Of a DNA stretch of 39,869 bases, positions 13,929 through 25,112 are shown piece by piece. The number at the start of each line of letters is the position of its first letter. Position 1 is the stretch's first letter. The DNA is from a virus (Duplodnaviria > Caudoviricetes): positions 1-39,869 of the IMG/VR virus record IMGVR_UViG_3300043416_000063. One strand, given 5' to 3'. Made by a program: the position numbers and the translations under genes. The notes under the pieces were generated by a model, which did no database searches, had not been told where the DNA came from, and was given only the letters and a program-made list of their open reading frames with translations.

Positions 13929-15701
13929 TTAGTAAGATGGATACCACTTCGATGTCCCAGCGCAATAAGTCATAATCATTGCTTTTGATACAACAGCAGT
14001 TGACGCTAGAGCAATACCGCCTACTGCACCCGCTGTAGTTGTTGTAAATGCACCTGTAGGGATCAAAGTAATTTGGCCACCAGTAGTTGCAATTCCTGTT
14101 GGAGGAGTAATCGTTACAATTGGTGTGGTCCCGGATACATACACAATGCTTGTTGTCGGCGCAATAGTTGCCGCGCTTGCAATTGTTGGAGCGGTTTGAC
14201 CCGTTGCTTGCACACCAAATATCTTTGTAGCAAGGGTAGCAGCCTTGCCAATGACAGTAGTGTTGTCACCAATACCAACTGCGCCGTGTCCAATCACAAT
14301 AGAGTTTGTGTTGCTGTTTGCCGCTGTGTCGGCAGATGCGCCAATGATTACATTGTTTGTGCCAACAGTTAGTAAATCACCGGCTGCGTGACCAATACAA
14401 ATATTGGATGATCCAGTGGTGTTTAGATACAAAGCCCGAAACCCAACACCAACATTTGCAATACCTGAAGTATTTACTGATAATACTTCATCACCAACAC
14501 AAATGTTGGCAACACCTGTACTGCCGGCTGACCACGATAATGTGTTATATCCAATTGCGGTATTTGAAGCGGCTTGACAATTGAATGCGGCTCTGTATCC
14601 AACTGCAGTTACACCCGATCCAGTGTTCTGATATCCGGCTTGATAACCAAACAACGAAGATGCGCCGCCAGTATTTGAAAATCCGGCTTGATGTCCAAAC
14701 GCACACAATGATATTGCATTATTTGTTTTGCCTGCTCCTGAACCCATTGCTACACACGACGAACCCGTGTTGAAATTTAATGCATCAACTCCAACAGCCG
14801 TGCATGAACTTTGCGTGTTTGTGTACAGCGCGTTGTATCCAATAGCCGTAACACTTGAACCACCATTGTTGTATCCGGCTTGGAAACCAATACCCGTATT
14901 TGCATTACCCGCGTTTCCTTGCAAAGCATTATTGCCAACAGCAGTGCAATTTGCGCCTGCGCCTGAAGCACCTAACGCGCCGTTTCCAAACGCCGTGGAA
15001 TTAGTTCCGGTTGAAGCCAACATGGCGTTTGCGCCAAACACTGTGGAATTAGCAAGTCCCTTTGTGCCAACAAACATCCCGTTAATGTAGGAATCTTTGG
15101 CAATGCCGACGCCGCCGTACACAATCAATGCGCCCGTGGTATTGCTTGTTGATGCGGTTGTAGCCGTCAGGGTCAACGAAGACAGACCACCCGTAGGAAT
15201 GGCAATGACGCTTGGTTCGCCCGTCCCCGTAAACGCCAAGTAACCATTTGCCCGGTCTGTGGCGGTTGGCAATTCCATGTTCAGGCTTAGGCCGTCAGAT
15301 ACAGGAATCTTTAGCGTCCTGTCATTATTATTGCTGATCTGCTGAATCTGAATCGTTGCGCGGTCAAGTGCGTCCGTAATCACTTCGGGGTAAAACCCGC
15401 TTTGATTTGTGATGTCAGTTGGTTGCAGATTTGCTATGTCAGAGGTAACCGTCAGCCTATACGCGGACGTAAGAGCAGCAACAAGCGTGATGCTGCCGCC
15501 TGGGTTGCTGTCTTGATTTCCGTTCAGCGCAACCGTGTAATCAGTAGTCAACGCTAAGACAGTTTCCGCCCCAGTAGAAATTTCTAGCTTGACAAGATAT
15601 AGGTCAGATGCCTGAAACACCTTGAACGCAAAGGTAAATGGTCCAGTAGTCCCGGTTCCGGTATATGGCCCAGCAAGTCTCGTTGTGGAGCTAATGGTCA
15701 T
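13929..15701 (-). CDS. Tail fibre with YadA-like repeats
   Basis: Podovirus anchor (GPFTFAFKVF...FYPEVITDALDRATIQIQQ) followed by many NxAxGxxA repeats. Confidence 0.88.
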   Translation of the reverse strand: MTISSTTRLAGPYTGTGTTGPFTFAFKVFQASDLYLVKLEISTGAETVLALTTDYTVALNGNQDSNPGGSITLVAALTSAYRLTVTSDIANLQPTDITNQSGFYPEVITDALDRATIQIQQISNNNDRTLKIPVSDGLSLNMELPTATDRANGYLAFTGTGEPSVIAIPTGGLSSLTLTATTASTSNTTGALIVYGGVGIAKDSYINGMFVGTKGLANSTVFGANAMLASTGTNSTAFGNGALGASGAGANCTAVGNNALQGNAGNANTGIGFQAGYNNGGSSVTAIGYNALYTNTQSSCTAVGVDALNFNTGSSCVAMGSGAGKTNNAISLCAFGHQAGFSNTGGASSLFGYQAGYQNTGSGVTAVGYRAAFNCQAASNTAIGYNTLSWSAGSTGVANICVGDEVLSVNTSGIANVGVGFRALYLNTTGSSNICIGHAAGDLLTVGTNNVIIGASADTAANSNTNSIVIGHGAVGIGDNTTVIGKAATLATKIFGVQATGQTAPTIASAATIAPTTSIVYVSGTTPIVTITPPTGIATTGGQITLIPTGAFTTTTAGAVGGIALASTAVVSKAMIMTYCAGTSKWYPSY

Positions 15702-15726
15702 TTTTTAATCCTTTGTGCGATTGTTG

Positions 15727-15759
15727 AGGGTAAATGTTGGGGGTATCGCTATGGGTCCC
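15727..15759 (-). promoter_or_regulatory. Putative late promoter 3
   Basis: GGGACCCATA-N17-TACCCT. Confidence 0.75.
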
Positions 15760-15761
15760 TG

Positions 15762-18700
15762 TCAACGGCGTGTGCCAAAGATCGGGGCGCGAAGATCAGC
15801 GTTGTTCTTGTCAATCATTAGCTGTATGCCGTCAACCGTGCGGTTGATCTGAACTGCTGGGATTCCAAACAGATCGCCGGCAAGGTTTAAGAGCGCACGG
15901 CGATATGCAGCGTCCCACTCATTCTGACGAGCCTGAATCGTTACATTGTAAATGTCGGTCATCATTGCTAGTCCGGATGGACCCGAATAATCACGGACTT
16001 CCTTTGCATCAAATTTAGCAAGGTTGCTAAGTTCACGAATACCGACCATTGAACTAAGCATGGTTTGAATGGACTCTTCCGCAACAAACGCCGCTAGTCC
16101 CTTTTCTTCATCGTCATCATTGTCTTTTCTCTTGGCTTTGATGGCTTGATTGACGTAATACTTGTAGACAGCAGGAACGGCAACTAGCAATGTCAACTGC
16201 GCGGCCGCTGTTGACTTCTTCTGTGTCATCACCGAAGTAGCCATTGAGTTAAACAGGGCATTTTGATATCCGTAGAACACCGTAAACAACTTTGACCAGG
16301 CTCCACCGCGTTCAACGGAAGCAAGGTCTTTCAGTTGACCGCCACCCTGTGAGTCAATGACAGCTTGGTCAGCAAGGGCAATCGACGTATCTTCGTTGTT
16401 GCCCTCAAACAATGCCTTCTCGTATGCACCCGCCCATGTTGGGTAATTGACCATCGACTGCATCACCTTGCAAAAGATGTATGCATTTGCGTGAATAGCG
16501 TTCCACTTGCCATCTTTATCCTGCATGGTGTTGCGGATTTCATTGAGGTCGCGGAACTGAGTACGACCAAGATCCCGCATCATGGATGACTTTTCTTGAA
16601 TCATGCTCATCATCTTTTTAGGATGAAAAACAAACGACCCAACGCCAATGGCAGTCCACTTTGGAACCAACGTGCCGTCAATTCTTACCCATGTGTTGGC
16701 TAGACCGGAAATCTGCATAACTCCGCTTGTTGCGTTAAACCCAAGACGAGCAGAACTGATTGAACGCCGCATCCACGTTGCAAAGTTTGCAGCACCTTGG
16801 TCGGCAGCTCCCTGACCAGCAGCAACATCCTTGATCCAATCTTTCATCTGCCTTTTGATTTCAGGTCCATATGTCTCATTTACCGTTGATGAGAATTCAC
16901 GATCCTTCATCATGCGGTTGGCACTAATCAACCACTCATGCCAACACAAGTCGTGAATGACTTCACCTAGTCCGCTATACACGCCAGTCATCGTCAACAT
17001 CAATGGACGCCCAACAACGCGCTCTGCTCGATTCTTGACGTAACTTCTGCGCGTTGTCGCTGCGGTAAACGCGCCCTTCATTTGAGCCTTGGCGGTTTCG
17101 GCGTCGGTGAACTGCTCGGCCGCGTCCGATGCTTTCGGGTCATACTTGATTGGGTAATAGCCACCCTCAAGATTCAAGGTCTTGCCATCGGAAGTCTTAA
17201 TTGCAAACGGCTTAACTTCAATCCAATTTGGACCCTTGCCGTATAGCCGGCGTTCCTTCGCCTCAACAAGCGGCTTGTATGTCTCAAAGTGATTCCAAAT
17301 CGCTTGGACAGCATTCCACTCGGTAGATGACAACGACTCCAATACCGGAGCAAGTTGCTCCATTGTCCAACCTTCGCCATCACGCATGCGTTGAAGGTTT
17401 CCCTCATTACCGCTGTTCAAAGCAATGACGAATCGTTCGCCACGGTTGAGTGAACGGTCAATGGACTTGAAGTAAACCCGGCCACTCTCCATGTTCCCGA
17501 GTGCCTTGACTGGCTTGAGAATGTTCATCACCTTCTCGGTCGCCTCACCAATCATGCGGGTTTCCATGTCCCCGGCTGCGTTTGCGCTGCGGATGAAATA
17601 GTTCCAAACCTTGCCGTTGTCCTTGCCACCGTCCATAATTCGAGCAATAGCGGCAACCTTTAGGTGTGCAGCCATGAACGTGCGAATACCTTCAAGTGCG
17701 CGACCGCCCTTAGTGGTTGCCGTTCGGGGGTTTAACTTCTTGCCTTCTTTCTTCTTTTCTTGGATGCTCTTGACAATTGCGTCGCGGGCGTCAACAAACT
17801 GCACTTTCTCGCCGGCAAGTCGAATCTCGTTCTCATGCTTGCCAATGTATTCCAACTGCTGAATAGAACTGACCAGGTCGCGGAACTCGCTGACGGTCAT
17901 CTGTTGGTAGGGCTTGCGGAACGATTCGTCTAGCAGCTTCGGGTCAATGTCCGGGACAATCCCAAGTTCAAGTTGCCCCTCAATCCACTTCGCAAGGGAT
18001 AACCGCTTGCCAGCCTCTTCCACCGAGATGTTTGCAAGCGAGAACCGCTCAAGCATGTTTGTGACTTGGTCAGCAATGTCAGCACCCATGCGCTGGACAT
18101 TCTTTGCTTTCAGCACATTCCGCAGATATTTGACACCCTTGGAAACTTCGTCCTTGGCATCCTGCGCCTCACGCGCTAGTTGGTTCTGAAGCAATTGGAT
18201 CTGCTTTGCCCGCAGGATGACCTGCTCAGGCGTCCGCTCCCCATACCTTGCCTTACGCTCAGACTCGCGCTCCGTAGCCTTCTGAGCGGCTTCCTGCCCC
18301 TTTGCAGCGGCAGCAGCCTCAACCTCAGACATTGGTACGCCTGCGGCAACGCCGGACAGCCCTGCGTTGCGTTCCTTGGTAGCAGCGGCCTGTGCAGCCT
18401 GGGCAGCGGTACGGCGTTTGCTGTGGGCGTCAGCAGCCTCGCGGGCAGCCTTGGCTTCCGCCGCCTGATACTCACTCGGACGTAGGTCACGGATAACCTT
18501 CCCGGCAATGATCTGCTGGGCGGCAAGTTTGGCTGCATCCATAAACACCCTGACCGGGGAGGTTGCCTTGGACAACCACCGAACCTCAACCGCGTTGAAC
18601 CGGAAACGAGCCTCGTTGTGCAACGCCCGCTGAACCGCCTCTTCCTGGGACTGAGGGGTATTCATGTCCCCGTTCTCGTCCATCATGCGCTTGTCGGTGC

Positions 18701-21700
18701 GGGCATTAATCTCTTCCTTTGCCGGCTTGGCAGACAGCAGGGCAAGAACTAGTTCGTCGCCACTACTGAAACCGAACATGTCCGCAGCCATATCCGGGTC
18801 CATGCCATCAGCAGCCACCATGCCGTACTTCCCAAACCCAAGCTTGGCGACATCTTCGGCAGGGATCATCTTCTTGACGGACTCAAGGTTCAACTTGAAC
18901 TTGTCATCAAACTTGACCAACTCCCCGTTCTTTGTCCGTCCTTCGCCAGTCTTCAAGATCGACATTGCCGCGTAGATAGGCTCCGCATCAACTTCCGCCT
19001 TGACCTCAGCGCGGATTTCCTTACGCAAGGCATCGTGCTTGGCCTGAAGTTCTTTCAGCACCCGGCTTCGTGCGCCTGACAACCATTGCATCTGCTTTAG
19101 GCTTGCCTTGGTCAGATCGGTGACGGCGGCATCCTCGGCTTCCTTGTTCATCGCCTGGTACGCAGCGTAGGTCACATCGTCCATGCCCTGCTCCGTAGCC
19201 TCTTCTTGCGTCAAGAACATAGGGACCATCTGCATCATGGCTTGCTTGCGTTTAATCTGATCTTCAGATGCAAGCATTCTGTCCATGACACCGCGCACCT
19301 CATCGGTCAGCACGGGCAGATCCTTGCCAAACTCGCGGCGGTAGATTTTGTTCAGGTCATCGCGGATTGAAACATAGACGCGCTTGATGAACGAAGCCAT
19401 GCGATCAAACACGCCTTGCATCTCAACGCTCGGAGCCTTGCCTTCAAACAGGTAGTTCTCAAAGTTGTAAGCAATAGCCTCCCAATGCGGACGCTGCTCC
19501 TCAAAGGTCATGGCATTCCAAATAGCCAATCGTTCTTGCTGATTCTCCCCTCCAAGCTTGAACGACTGAACCATAATGTCAAGATCAGCGATTTCCCGAG
19601 GCGATCCCGTTCCGTTATTGACGGATTGAATCATCTTGTCCATGCGCCAGTGCATCAACTCATGCAGGAACGTAAACGCATCTGCTTCGCTGTTGAGAAG
19701 AATCTCTATGCGCTTGGGGTCATATCCACCACGGGCAGGGCCGGGGGACGGAGCGGCTTGGAACAATTGCTTGTTAATTACATTGATTGCTTCAGATTGC
19801 GCTTTGACTGCATTGTCGTATTCAGTTACCAATTTTCCATCGGTTGACTTATACGAACCCATGTACGCGTCATCTCGCGCCATAAACACAACATCAGGCT
19901 TTCCGTTATTGAATGCGGAGAATGTTTGCTTGTCCCATCCTTCAGGCTTGAACTCTTCATTCCATGCCATTCGTGATGCAACCACAAATCCGTGCGGTGC
20001 ATAGAAGTGCGCTAGGACGGTGTCAAACGCATCAAGTTTTGTTCCACCAGCCGACACTGCCAATTCGATAAGCGCACGGCCGGAATTGTTTGCGGCAAAC
20101 ACGGAAACAATATCGCCATCAGGCTTAACAGCAACGCCGGACTTTGCATCTGCCGACAAGAATAATCGCATTCCGCGATATTCCTTTGGCGTGTAAACGG
20201 CAACCGTTGCCCCAAACGGTGATGCTTGTTTGTTCTCAACAATTGCAGCATGGAATCTTTCCGATGCCGCAGCGGTATTGCCTAGTTCGTAGAAGGTTGG
20301 CGTTGCATTTCCGGAACGCTTATACAGTTCCGCAAGACCAACACCAGCAACATACTCGCCGACAATTGGAACCCCTAGTCGATAAAGCCCTTCAGTATCT
20401 GCAACTGTTTGTTGCTCATACGAGAAGTGAGTGTCGAAAATTCCTTGCTCTCGGTTGAGTCGGGCGAACTTTGTTGCTGATTCGCCGGCATAGAACTTTC
20501 GTTCAAGGGTGCTTGATCCATCGGGTAGGGCTGGGACTTCCCACTTGCTTGCAATGGCAACCGCATCGGTTGTGGATCTTGCACGATTGGCATTTTGCTC
20601 TCGAACAATTTCATCAACAATGCGTTTTCCCTCGCCTGTGCCGCCGGCAAGGTCTGCCCACTTGGCTGCTTGTTCATCAAGTCGCTGCTGATTGACTTCG
20701 GGTCTAGTGTACCAAGGGGCATTTGCACTCTCCGTTACTTTGAATTGTGTCGGAACAACACCGTTCTTCGGCTGTTTGATGTTAGCAAGAAACTCCCGAA
20801 ACGCAGGAACTGTAAATGAATAGGAGTTACCGGATGGTGTTTGATATTGGAACCAAGGCACACCAGCCGCATTTCGGTTGTACATCGCCCCATATTCGTA
20901 TGCGCCGTATTCGCCTTCTTTGCTTGCCACATTGGCAATAGCTTGGTCGTCGCCCTTGGCATCGGCAAGGACTGCGGCAAGCGTTCCATGCGAGGCTTCC
21001 TGCTGACTGAATGCAACCCATGTCTCCCAGTGATATCTGCCAACGCTTGCGTCCTGTGGGCGACCAAGGCGTTCGTAAAGATCATAGATCTTCAATTGCA
21101 GTTGTCGCTCTAACGCTTCATATACAAGAATTCCACGAACACCCTCAGTGATATCATTCATTGACGATCCTGAGATCTTCTTTCCCTGCTCGTTCATTGT
21201 CCCGTCGTACAAATTCACACCAGGGAATCGACCGTCATCCCACAGTTGGCGAATCTGCACACGATCCAACACCATGACATCATCGAACCCGGCAACAAGC
21301 AGCGTGAAAGACATGACTTTGTTGTCAATGCCAACGCCCTCGCCAATCTTTGCAAATTCACGACGAATGCTTTGCCCAGTTTGATTGGGGTCTGAAAGCA
21401 TGTCATGCAGATTTTGCAAATGCGATTTGCCGTTGTCTCCAATCTTGCTCATCTTGAACAAGAAGTCTTTGCCAAATGCGTTTAGGTTGTGAGTTGCTCC
21501 TGCACCTGGAAGTCCACTTCCCTTTGGCGCAGCGGATCTTGCCCACTTGTCATATGCAGGAAAGTCTTCCTCTGAGAATTTGCCTTCAGCGGCCATTCCA
21601 ATCCACTCGGCAGATTTATCGAATGCATCAATAAACAAAGATTCTTGTCGATATGGACTAACACCACGCGAAAGGAATGACCACAGAATAAGTTTTGCCG

Positions 21701-24700
21701 TTGTGGTAACGCTTAACTCACCACTGGTGTATGCCGCTCTTAGTTCAGCAGCATTTTCAAACCCATGATTTGCGTCACTTATTTGACCTTCAGTAAGTTT
21801 GCTCAACGTGTTAAACGAGCCATCGCCATTGATTCCCTTAATGAATGCATATGGAGGAATCGGAACCTCATCCGATCCAAGCGCATACGCCATCATCTTT
21901 GTCCATTCCTCAATCGACTCGCCGGCTGCGGGGAACTTTGCAAGAATCCCATCGACATTCACTAATTGCTTGTCAGCGTTGTTGTTCTTGGTTCCTGTAA
22001 GGATCAATTTCTTTGCAGGTATTTCGGCATCGCCAACTACCTTGACGCGGAATGGTTTCCAAAAACCAAGTTTTGGCTCATCGCCAACACCAACACCAGG
22101 GGAATTTGCACCTGGCTCTGCCTTTGCAGCCTGTTCAAGAACCTGTGGAACGGTGTTGGCTTGCTTCGTAAATTCCTTTACCTGCTCCACCTGCTCGCTC
22201 GTACCTTCAAACGCCGAATACCCACCGTCTGACATGCCCATCTTGTACTTGCCATTGATGATGAACCCGCCATCAATAGTCGTATCTGCAATGTCAGGAA
22301 AGGTTTCAACGAGGTCGCCGTGCATGGTGGCGTTAACGTCGTAGTAAATTTGTCCGTCTGCATTCATTACCGCAAAGATTGGCTCACTAGATACGGGCGG
22401 GTTCCTAGCGTCAAACACTCCTGTGCTTGGCGCAGGTACGGCCGCTTGCTCATAAATACTTTCACGGCCTTTTGATGGTCGCAAATTGTTAACGTCTTTG
22501 AGTTGGTTGCCTTCCCAAACAATCCAAACATCAGAACGGTTTTCGCCCTCTTGCAAATTTGATTCAGGTTGTGATTTAACACCATCAAAACCTTGACGTT
22601 GCAACTCTTGTCGAAGATTGCCATCGCCAAACCAACTGTCGTTTTCGCCAAGCAACTCATAGAAGTTGTATCGAATTACACCAAATTCTTGGTCTGAACC
22701 GCCAGCAAGTGTGTCTACACCGTAATCGCCATATCGTTTACCGAGCGAACTATCAAACTTCAATTTAGATACGTCAACGCCTTGTTTCTTGAAATAGTTC
22801 TTCCATTGAGCAAGAGTGATTGTCTTGGCTCCCGAAACATCAAGCGGTTTATCAATAGAAGCAAACACCTCCATCACATACGGGCCGTAATTCTTGGCAA
22901 GTGATTTGTCTGTGGTTAGGAAGATTCCACCACTAAACATGATCTTTGGTGATAAGTACTTTTCATCTTCGCCGCGATATAGAACAATTGGCTTATTAGC
23001 TTTGTCAACAACCTTGCTTTTGCCAAACCACTTATTCCATTCCGGTGTCGTTGTCTTGCGATTTCCTGCCTGATCAAATTGTTCAGCCTGCTCAAGCGGA
23101 GCAACTTGCGTTTGCGGTCCAACAACATTCGGACCATGCTGTGCCATGTATGCAGCAGGAGTCATTTTCGCTTCGGCAGCGGCAACCACCATCATGTCGC
23201 GGAAGATCGTTGCCTCAACCTTAGCCAACTTTGGGTCGCGACCTACGGCAGTAAGTTTTTCTTGCATGTCCTTTTCAATGACACGCGCCTCGTTGACAAA
23301 CGCCGTGTCAGTAGTTTCTTTCTCTTCCAACAGAGCAAGGGCTTTCTCCTTCTCTTGCTCCAATTGTCCCGCATACTTGACCGCTGTATCTGCGCTCCAC
23401 GCGTCCGCGTTTGGACGCATGTGAATCTTCATTGAGTCGCCAAGCTTTGTGCCGGCAAGCCGAGCCGCGTAGGTAGCGGTCGGAATTGTGACATCGCCAC
23501 CAATAGATATTGCCTCTGCTAGTTGTTGACGAATTCCAGGAAGAACTGTGTCAACTTGCTCGTTCGTCAGACCTGACTGATTCAGAATGTTCTGCATTAC
23601 GCGACCGTCAACATAGGTCGTTTCCGCGCCCGTGCCATCAACCTGGTCGGCGTAGAACCGCTCCGCTGCGTCCGGGTTGCGCTGGCGCATCTTGCTGTCA
23701 ACCGCGTTCTTGGACAGGTCTTCGTAGAACTGCTGCGAACGCTTGGCGTCTGCGTAACGGCCACGATCCATGTAGTAGTTCGCTGCGGGCAGGGGAAGAC
23801 CCGCCACGGACATTCCGATTGCTACATTGACAAACGAGTCAACCGCTTCGGAAATGATGGCACGACGCCCCTCCGGCGTTTGAAACATGTTCTGAAGATC
23901 AGGTCGGTCGTAAGCGCGTCCGATTTCCGTACCGACACGGGTGATGGCGGTTTGTAGGCCTTCAACAGTTGACTCAGTCAGTATCTCGCCGAAGTACAAC
24001 TTGGACGCATCCCACACCGCTTCACTAGCGGTCGCCTTCTTAATCATCTGCTTTGACAATTCGGCGGTGACATCGGTAGCAAGTTCCTTGGCAAAGATCT
24101 TTTTGCCAACACCACTTGCGATATAGAGTTCTGCACCCAATCCTGCAAACTCAAGCGCGGATGTAATAACGCCAATACCTCGAGACATTGGCAAAGCAAC
24201 TTCGTGACTTACATCGCCTTCTCGCAATTGGCGATACGACTCGCCAGCCATTGACTGATACATCCACTTAGCCATACCAGTCGAAAATCCCGCAGCTGCA
24301 CCAAGAGCCATTCCTGCCGGCATGGTTGCTGGTGCAAGCGGTCCACCAATTGCACCGGCAGCACCACCCAACACGGCTCCTGTTACCGCGTATTGCGCTC
24401 CAGTCTCTGCGCCGGCTTCAACGCTTGCAAGCAGATTGGCAATGTTGCCGCTGATTGAATACGGAGCAGGCTGACCAACAATCTGAAGGTCGCGCTGTAA
24501 TTCCTTGTATCGCTCAAAGTCCTTTGACGTTGCCATCCCTTCCGAGTTCAGTTGGTCAATAGTCGCCATTTCGGTACTGATGAACGTGCCTTGTGCGCCC
24601 TTGAAAAAGTCCGTGCCGGCAAACCAATTCATCAACTTCTCAGTACCTGTGAGGTTCTCAAGATCGTCGTATGCAATGTTGGCAAAGTCAGGTTCTGTCA

Positions 24701-25112
24701 GCGAGTTTGCAGTCTTAGGTGCGCTTATCGCCAAGTTGCGATCAAGAGCTTTGAGCATCATTGCGCCGCGTTGAAGTTCAGCCAAATTGCGCTCGGCAAT
24801 GTCTGCACCAACGCCCATTTGCTTGCCAACGCGTTGCGCTTCGGCGACCGTGTCGGGGTTTTTCTTGGTCGCGTTGTAAAGCGATGAATTCAATACCGCG
24901 CTGCGTTGGTTAGCCATCTCATCGACAACGGCTTTAAGAGCCGGGTCAAGTTGTGGTTGCGGTGGCGCGGTTGGCAATACAAATGACCGACGAGGCGTGA
25001 TCGCCTCGGTCATGCTCAACGATTCTTGGGATACAACATTCTGAAGTAAGTCAGCATTTCCCTGTGATGGTGCGAGGCTGCCAAGTTGTTCGTTGATGTC
25101 AGGTTCAATCAT
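15762..25112 (-). CDS. Giant internal virion (ejection) polyvalent protein
   Basis: 3116 aa in the T7 gp16 position. Embedded ART-like, HhH-like, GNAT-like and HExxH (FLHELMH) regions. Confidence 0.85.
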   Translation of the reverse strand: MIEPDINEQLGSLAPSQGNADLLQNVVSQESLSMTEAITPRRSFVLPTAPPQPQLDPALKAVVDEMANQRSAVLNSSLYNATKKNPDTVAEAQRVGKQMGVGADIAERNLAELQRGAMMLKALDRNLAISAPKTANSLTEPDFANIAYDDLENLTGTEKLMNWFAGTDFFKGAQGTFISTEMATIDQLNSEGMATSKDFERYKELQRDLQIVGQPAPYSISGNIANLLASVEAGAETGAQYAVTGAVLGGAAGAIGGPLAPATMPAGMALGAAAGFSTGMAKWMYQSMAGESYRQLREGDVSHEVALPMSRGIGVITSALEFAGLGAELYIASGVGKKIFAKELATDVTAELSKQMIKKATASEAVWDASKLYFGEILTESTVEGLQTAITRVGTEIGRAYDRPDLQNMFQTPEGRRAIISEAVDSFVNVAIGMSVAGLPLPAANYYMDRGRYADAKRSQQFYEDLSKNAVDSKMRQRNPDAAERFYADQVDGTGAETTYVDGRVMQNILNQSGLTNEQVDTVLPGIRQQLAEAISIGGDVTIPTATYAARLAGTKLGDSMKIHMRPNADAWSADTAVKYAGQLEQEKEKALALLEEKETTDTAFVNEARVIEKDMQEKLTAVGRDPKLAKVEATIFRDMMVVAAAEAKMTPAAYMAQHGPNVVGPQTQVAPLEQAEQFDQAGNRKTTTPEWNKWFGKSKVVDKANKPIVLYRGEDEKYLSPKIMFSGGIFLTTDKSLAKNYGPYVMEVFASIDKPLDVSGAKTITLAQWKNYFKKQGVDVSKLKFDSSLGKRYGDYGVDTLAGGSDQEFGVIRYNFYELLGENDSWFGDGNLRQELQRQGFDGVKSQPESNLQEGENRSDVWIVWEGNQLKDVNNLRPSKGRESIYEQAAVPAPSTGVFDARNPPVSSEPIFAVMNADGQIYYDVNATMHGDLVETFPDIADTTIDGGFIINGKYKMGMSDGGYSAFEGTSEQVEQVKEFTKQANTVPQVLEQAAKAEPGANSPGVGVGDEPKLGFWKPFRVKVVGDAEIPAKKLILTGTKNNNADKQLVNVDGILAKFPAAGESIEEWTKMMAYALGSDEVPIPPYAFIKGINGDGSFNTLSKLTEGQISDANHGFENAAELRAAYTSGELSVTTTAKLILWSFLSRGVSPYRQESLFIDAFDKSAEWIGMAAEGKFSEEDFPAYDKWARSAAPKGSGLPGAGATHNLNAFGKDFLFKMSKIGDNGKSHLQNLHDMLSDPNQTGQSIRREFAKIGEGVGIDNKVMSFTLLVAGFDDVMVLDRVQIRQLWDDGRFPGVNLYDGTMNEQGKKISGSSMNDITEGVRGILVYEALERQLQLKIYDLYERLGRPQDASVGRYHWETWVAFSQQEASHGTLAAVLADAKGDDQAIANVASKEGEYGAYEYGAMYNRNAAGVPWFQYQTPSGNSYSFTVPAFREFLANIKQPKNGVVPTQFKVTESANAPWYTRPEVNQQRLDEQAAKWADLAGGTGEGKRIVDEIVREQNANRARSTTDAVAIASKWEVPALPDGSSTLERKFYAGESATKFARLNREQGIFDTHFSYEQQTVADTEGLYRLGVPIVGEYVAGVGLAELYKRSGNATPTFYELGNTAAASERFHAAIVENKQASPFGATVAVYTPKEYRGMRLFLSADAKSGVAVKPDGDIVSVFAANNSGRALIELAVSAGGTKLDAFDTVLAHFYAPHGFVVASRMAWNEEFKPEGWDKQTFSAFNNGKPDVVFMARDDAYMGSYKSTDGKLVTEYDNAVKAQSEAINVINKQLFQAAPSPGPARGGYDPKRIEILLNSEADAFTFLHELMHWRMDKMIQSVNNGTGSPREIADLDIMVQSFKLGGENQQERLAIWNAMTFEEQRPHWEAIAYNFENYLFEGKAPSVEMQGVFDRMASFIKRVYVSIRDDLNKIYRREFGKDLPVLTDEVRGVMDRMLASEDQIKRKQAMMQMVPMFLTQEEATEQGMDDVTYAAYQAMNKEAEDAAVTDLTKASLKQMQWLSGARSRVLKELQAKHDALRKEIRAEVKAEVDAEPIYAAMSILKTGEGRTKNGELVKFDDKFKLNLESVKKMIPAEDVAKLGFGKYGMVAADGMDPDMAADMFGFSSGDELVLALLSAKPAKEEINARTDKRMMDENGDMNTPQSQEEAVQRALHNEARFRFNAVEVRWLSKATSPVRVFMDAAKLAAQQIIAGKVIRDLRPSEYQAAEAKAAREAADAHSKRRTAAQAAQAAATKERNAGLSGVAAGVPMSEVEAAAAAKGQEAAQKATERESERKARYGERTPEQVILRAKQIQLLQNQLAREAQDAKDEVSKGVKYLRNVLKAKNVQRMGADIADQVTNMLERFSLANISVEEAGKRLSLAKWIEGQLELGIVPDIDPKLLDESFRKPYQQMTVSEFRDLVSSIQQLEYIGKHENEIRLAGEKVQFVDARDAIVKSIQEKKKEGKKLNPRTATTKGGRALEGIRTFMAAHLKVAAIARIMDGGKDNGKVWNYFIRSANAAGDMETRMIGEATEKVMNILKPVKALGNMESGRVYFKSIDRSLNRGERFVIALNSGNEGNLQRMRDGEGWTMEQLAPVLESLSSTEWNAVQAIWNHFETYKPLVEAKERRLYGKGPNWIEVKPFAIKTSDGKTLNLEGGYYPIKYDPKASDAAEQFTDAETAKAQMKGAFTAATTRRSYVKNRAERVVGRPLMLTMTGVYSGLGEVIHDLCWHEWLISANRMMKDREFSSTVNETYGPEIKRQMKDWIKDVAAGQGAADQGAANFATWMRRSISSARLGFNATSGVMQISGLANTWVRIDGTLVPKWTAIGVGSFVFHPKKMMSMIQEKSSMMRDLGRTQFRDLNEIRNTMQDKDGKWNAIHANAYIFCKVMQSMVNYPTWAGAYEKALFEGNNEDTSIALADQAVIDSQGGGQLKDLASVERGGAWSKLFTVFYGYQNALFNSMATSVMTQKKSTAAAQLTLLVAVPAVYKYYVNQAIKAKRKDNDDDEEKGLAAFVAEESIQTMLSSMVGIRELSNLAKFDAKEVRDYSGPSGLAMMTDIYNVTIQARQNEWDAAYRRALLNLAGDLFGIPAVQINRTVDGIQLMIDKNNADLRAPIFGTRR

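Noticed and set aside
14300-15050. Repetitive region as CRISPR array or DNA tandem repeat
   Set aside because: The periodicity is at protein level (YadA-like NxAxG repeats), with no identical DNA repeats or spacers.
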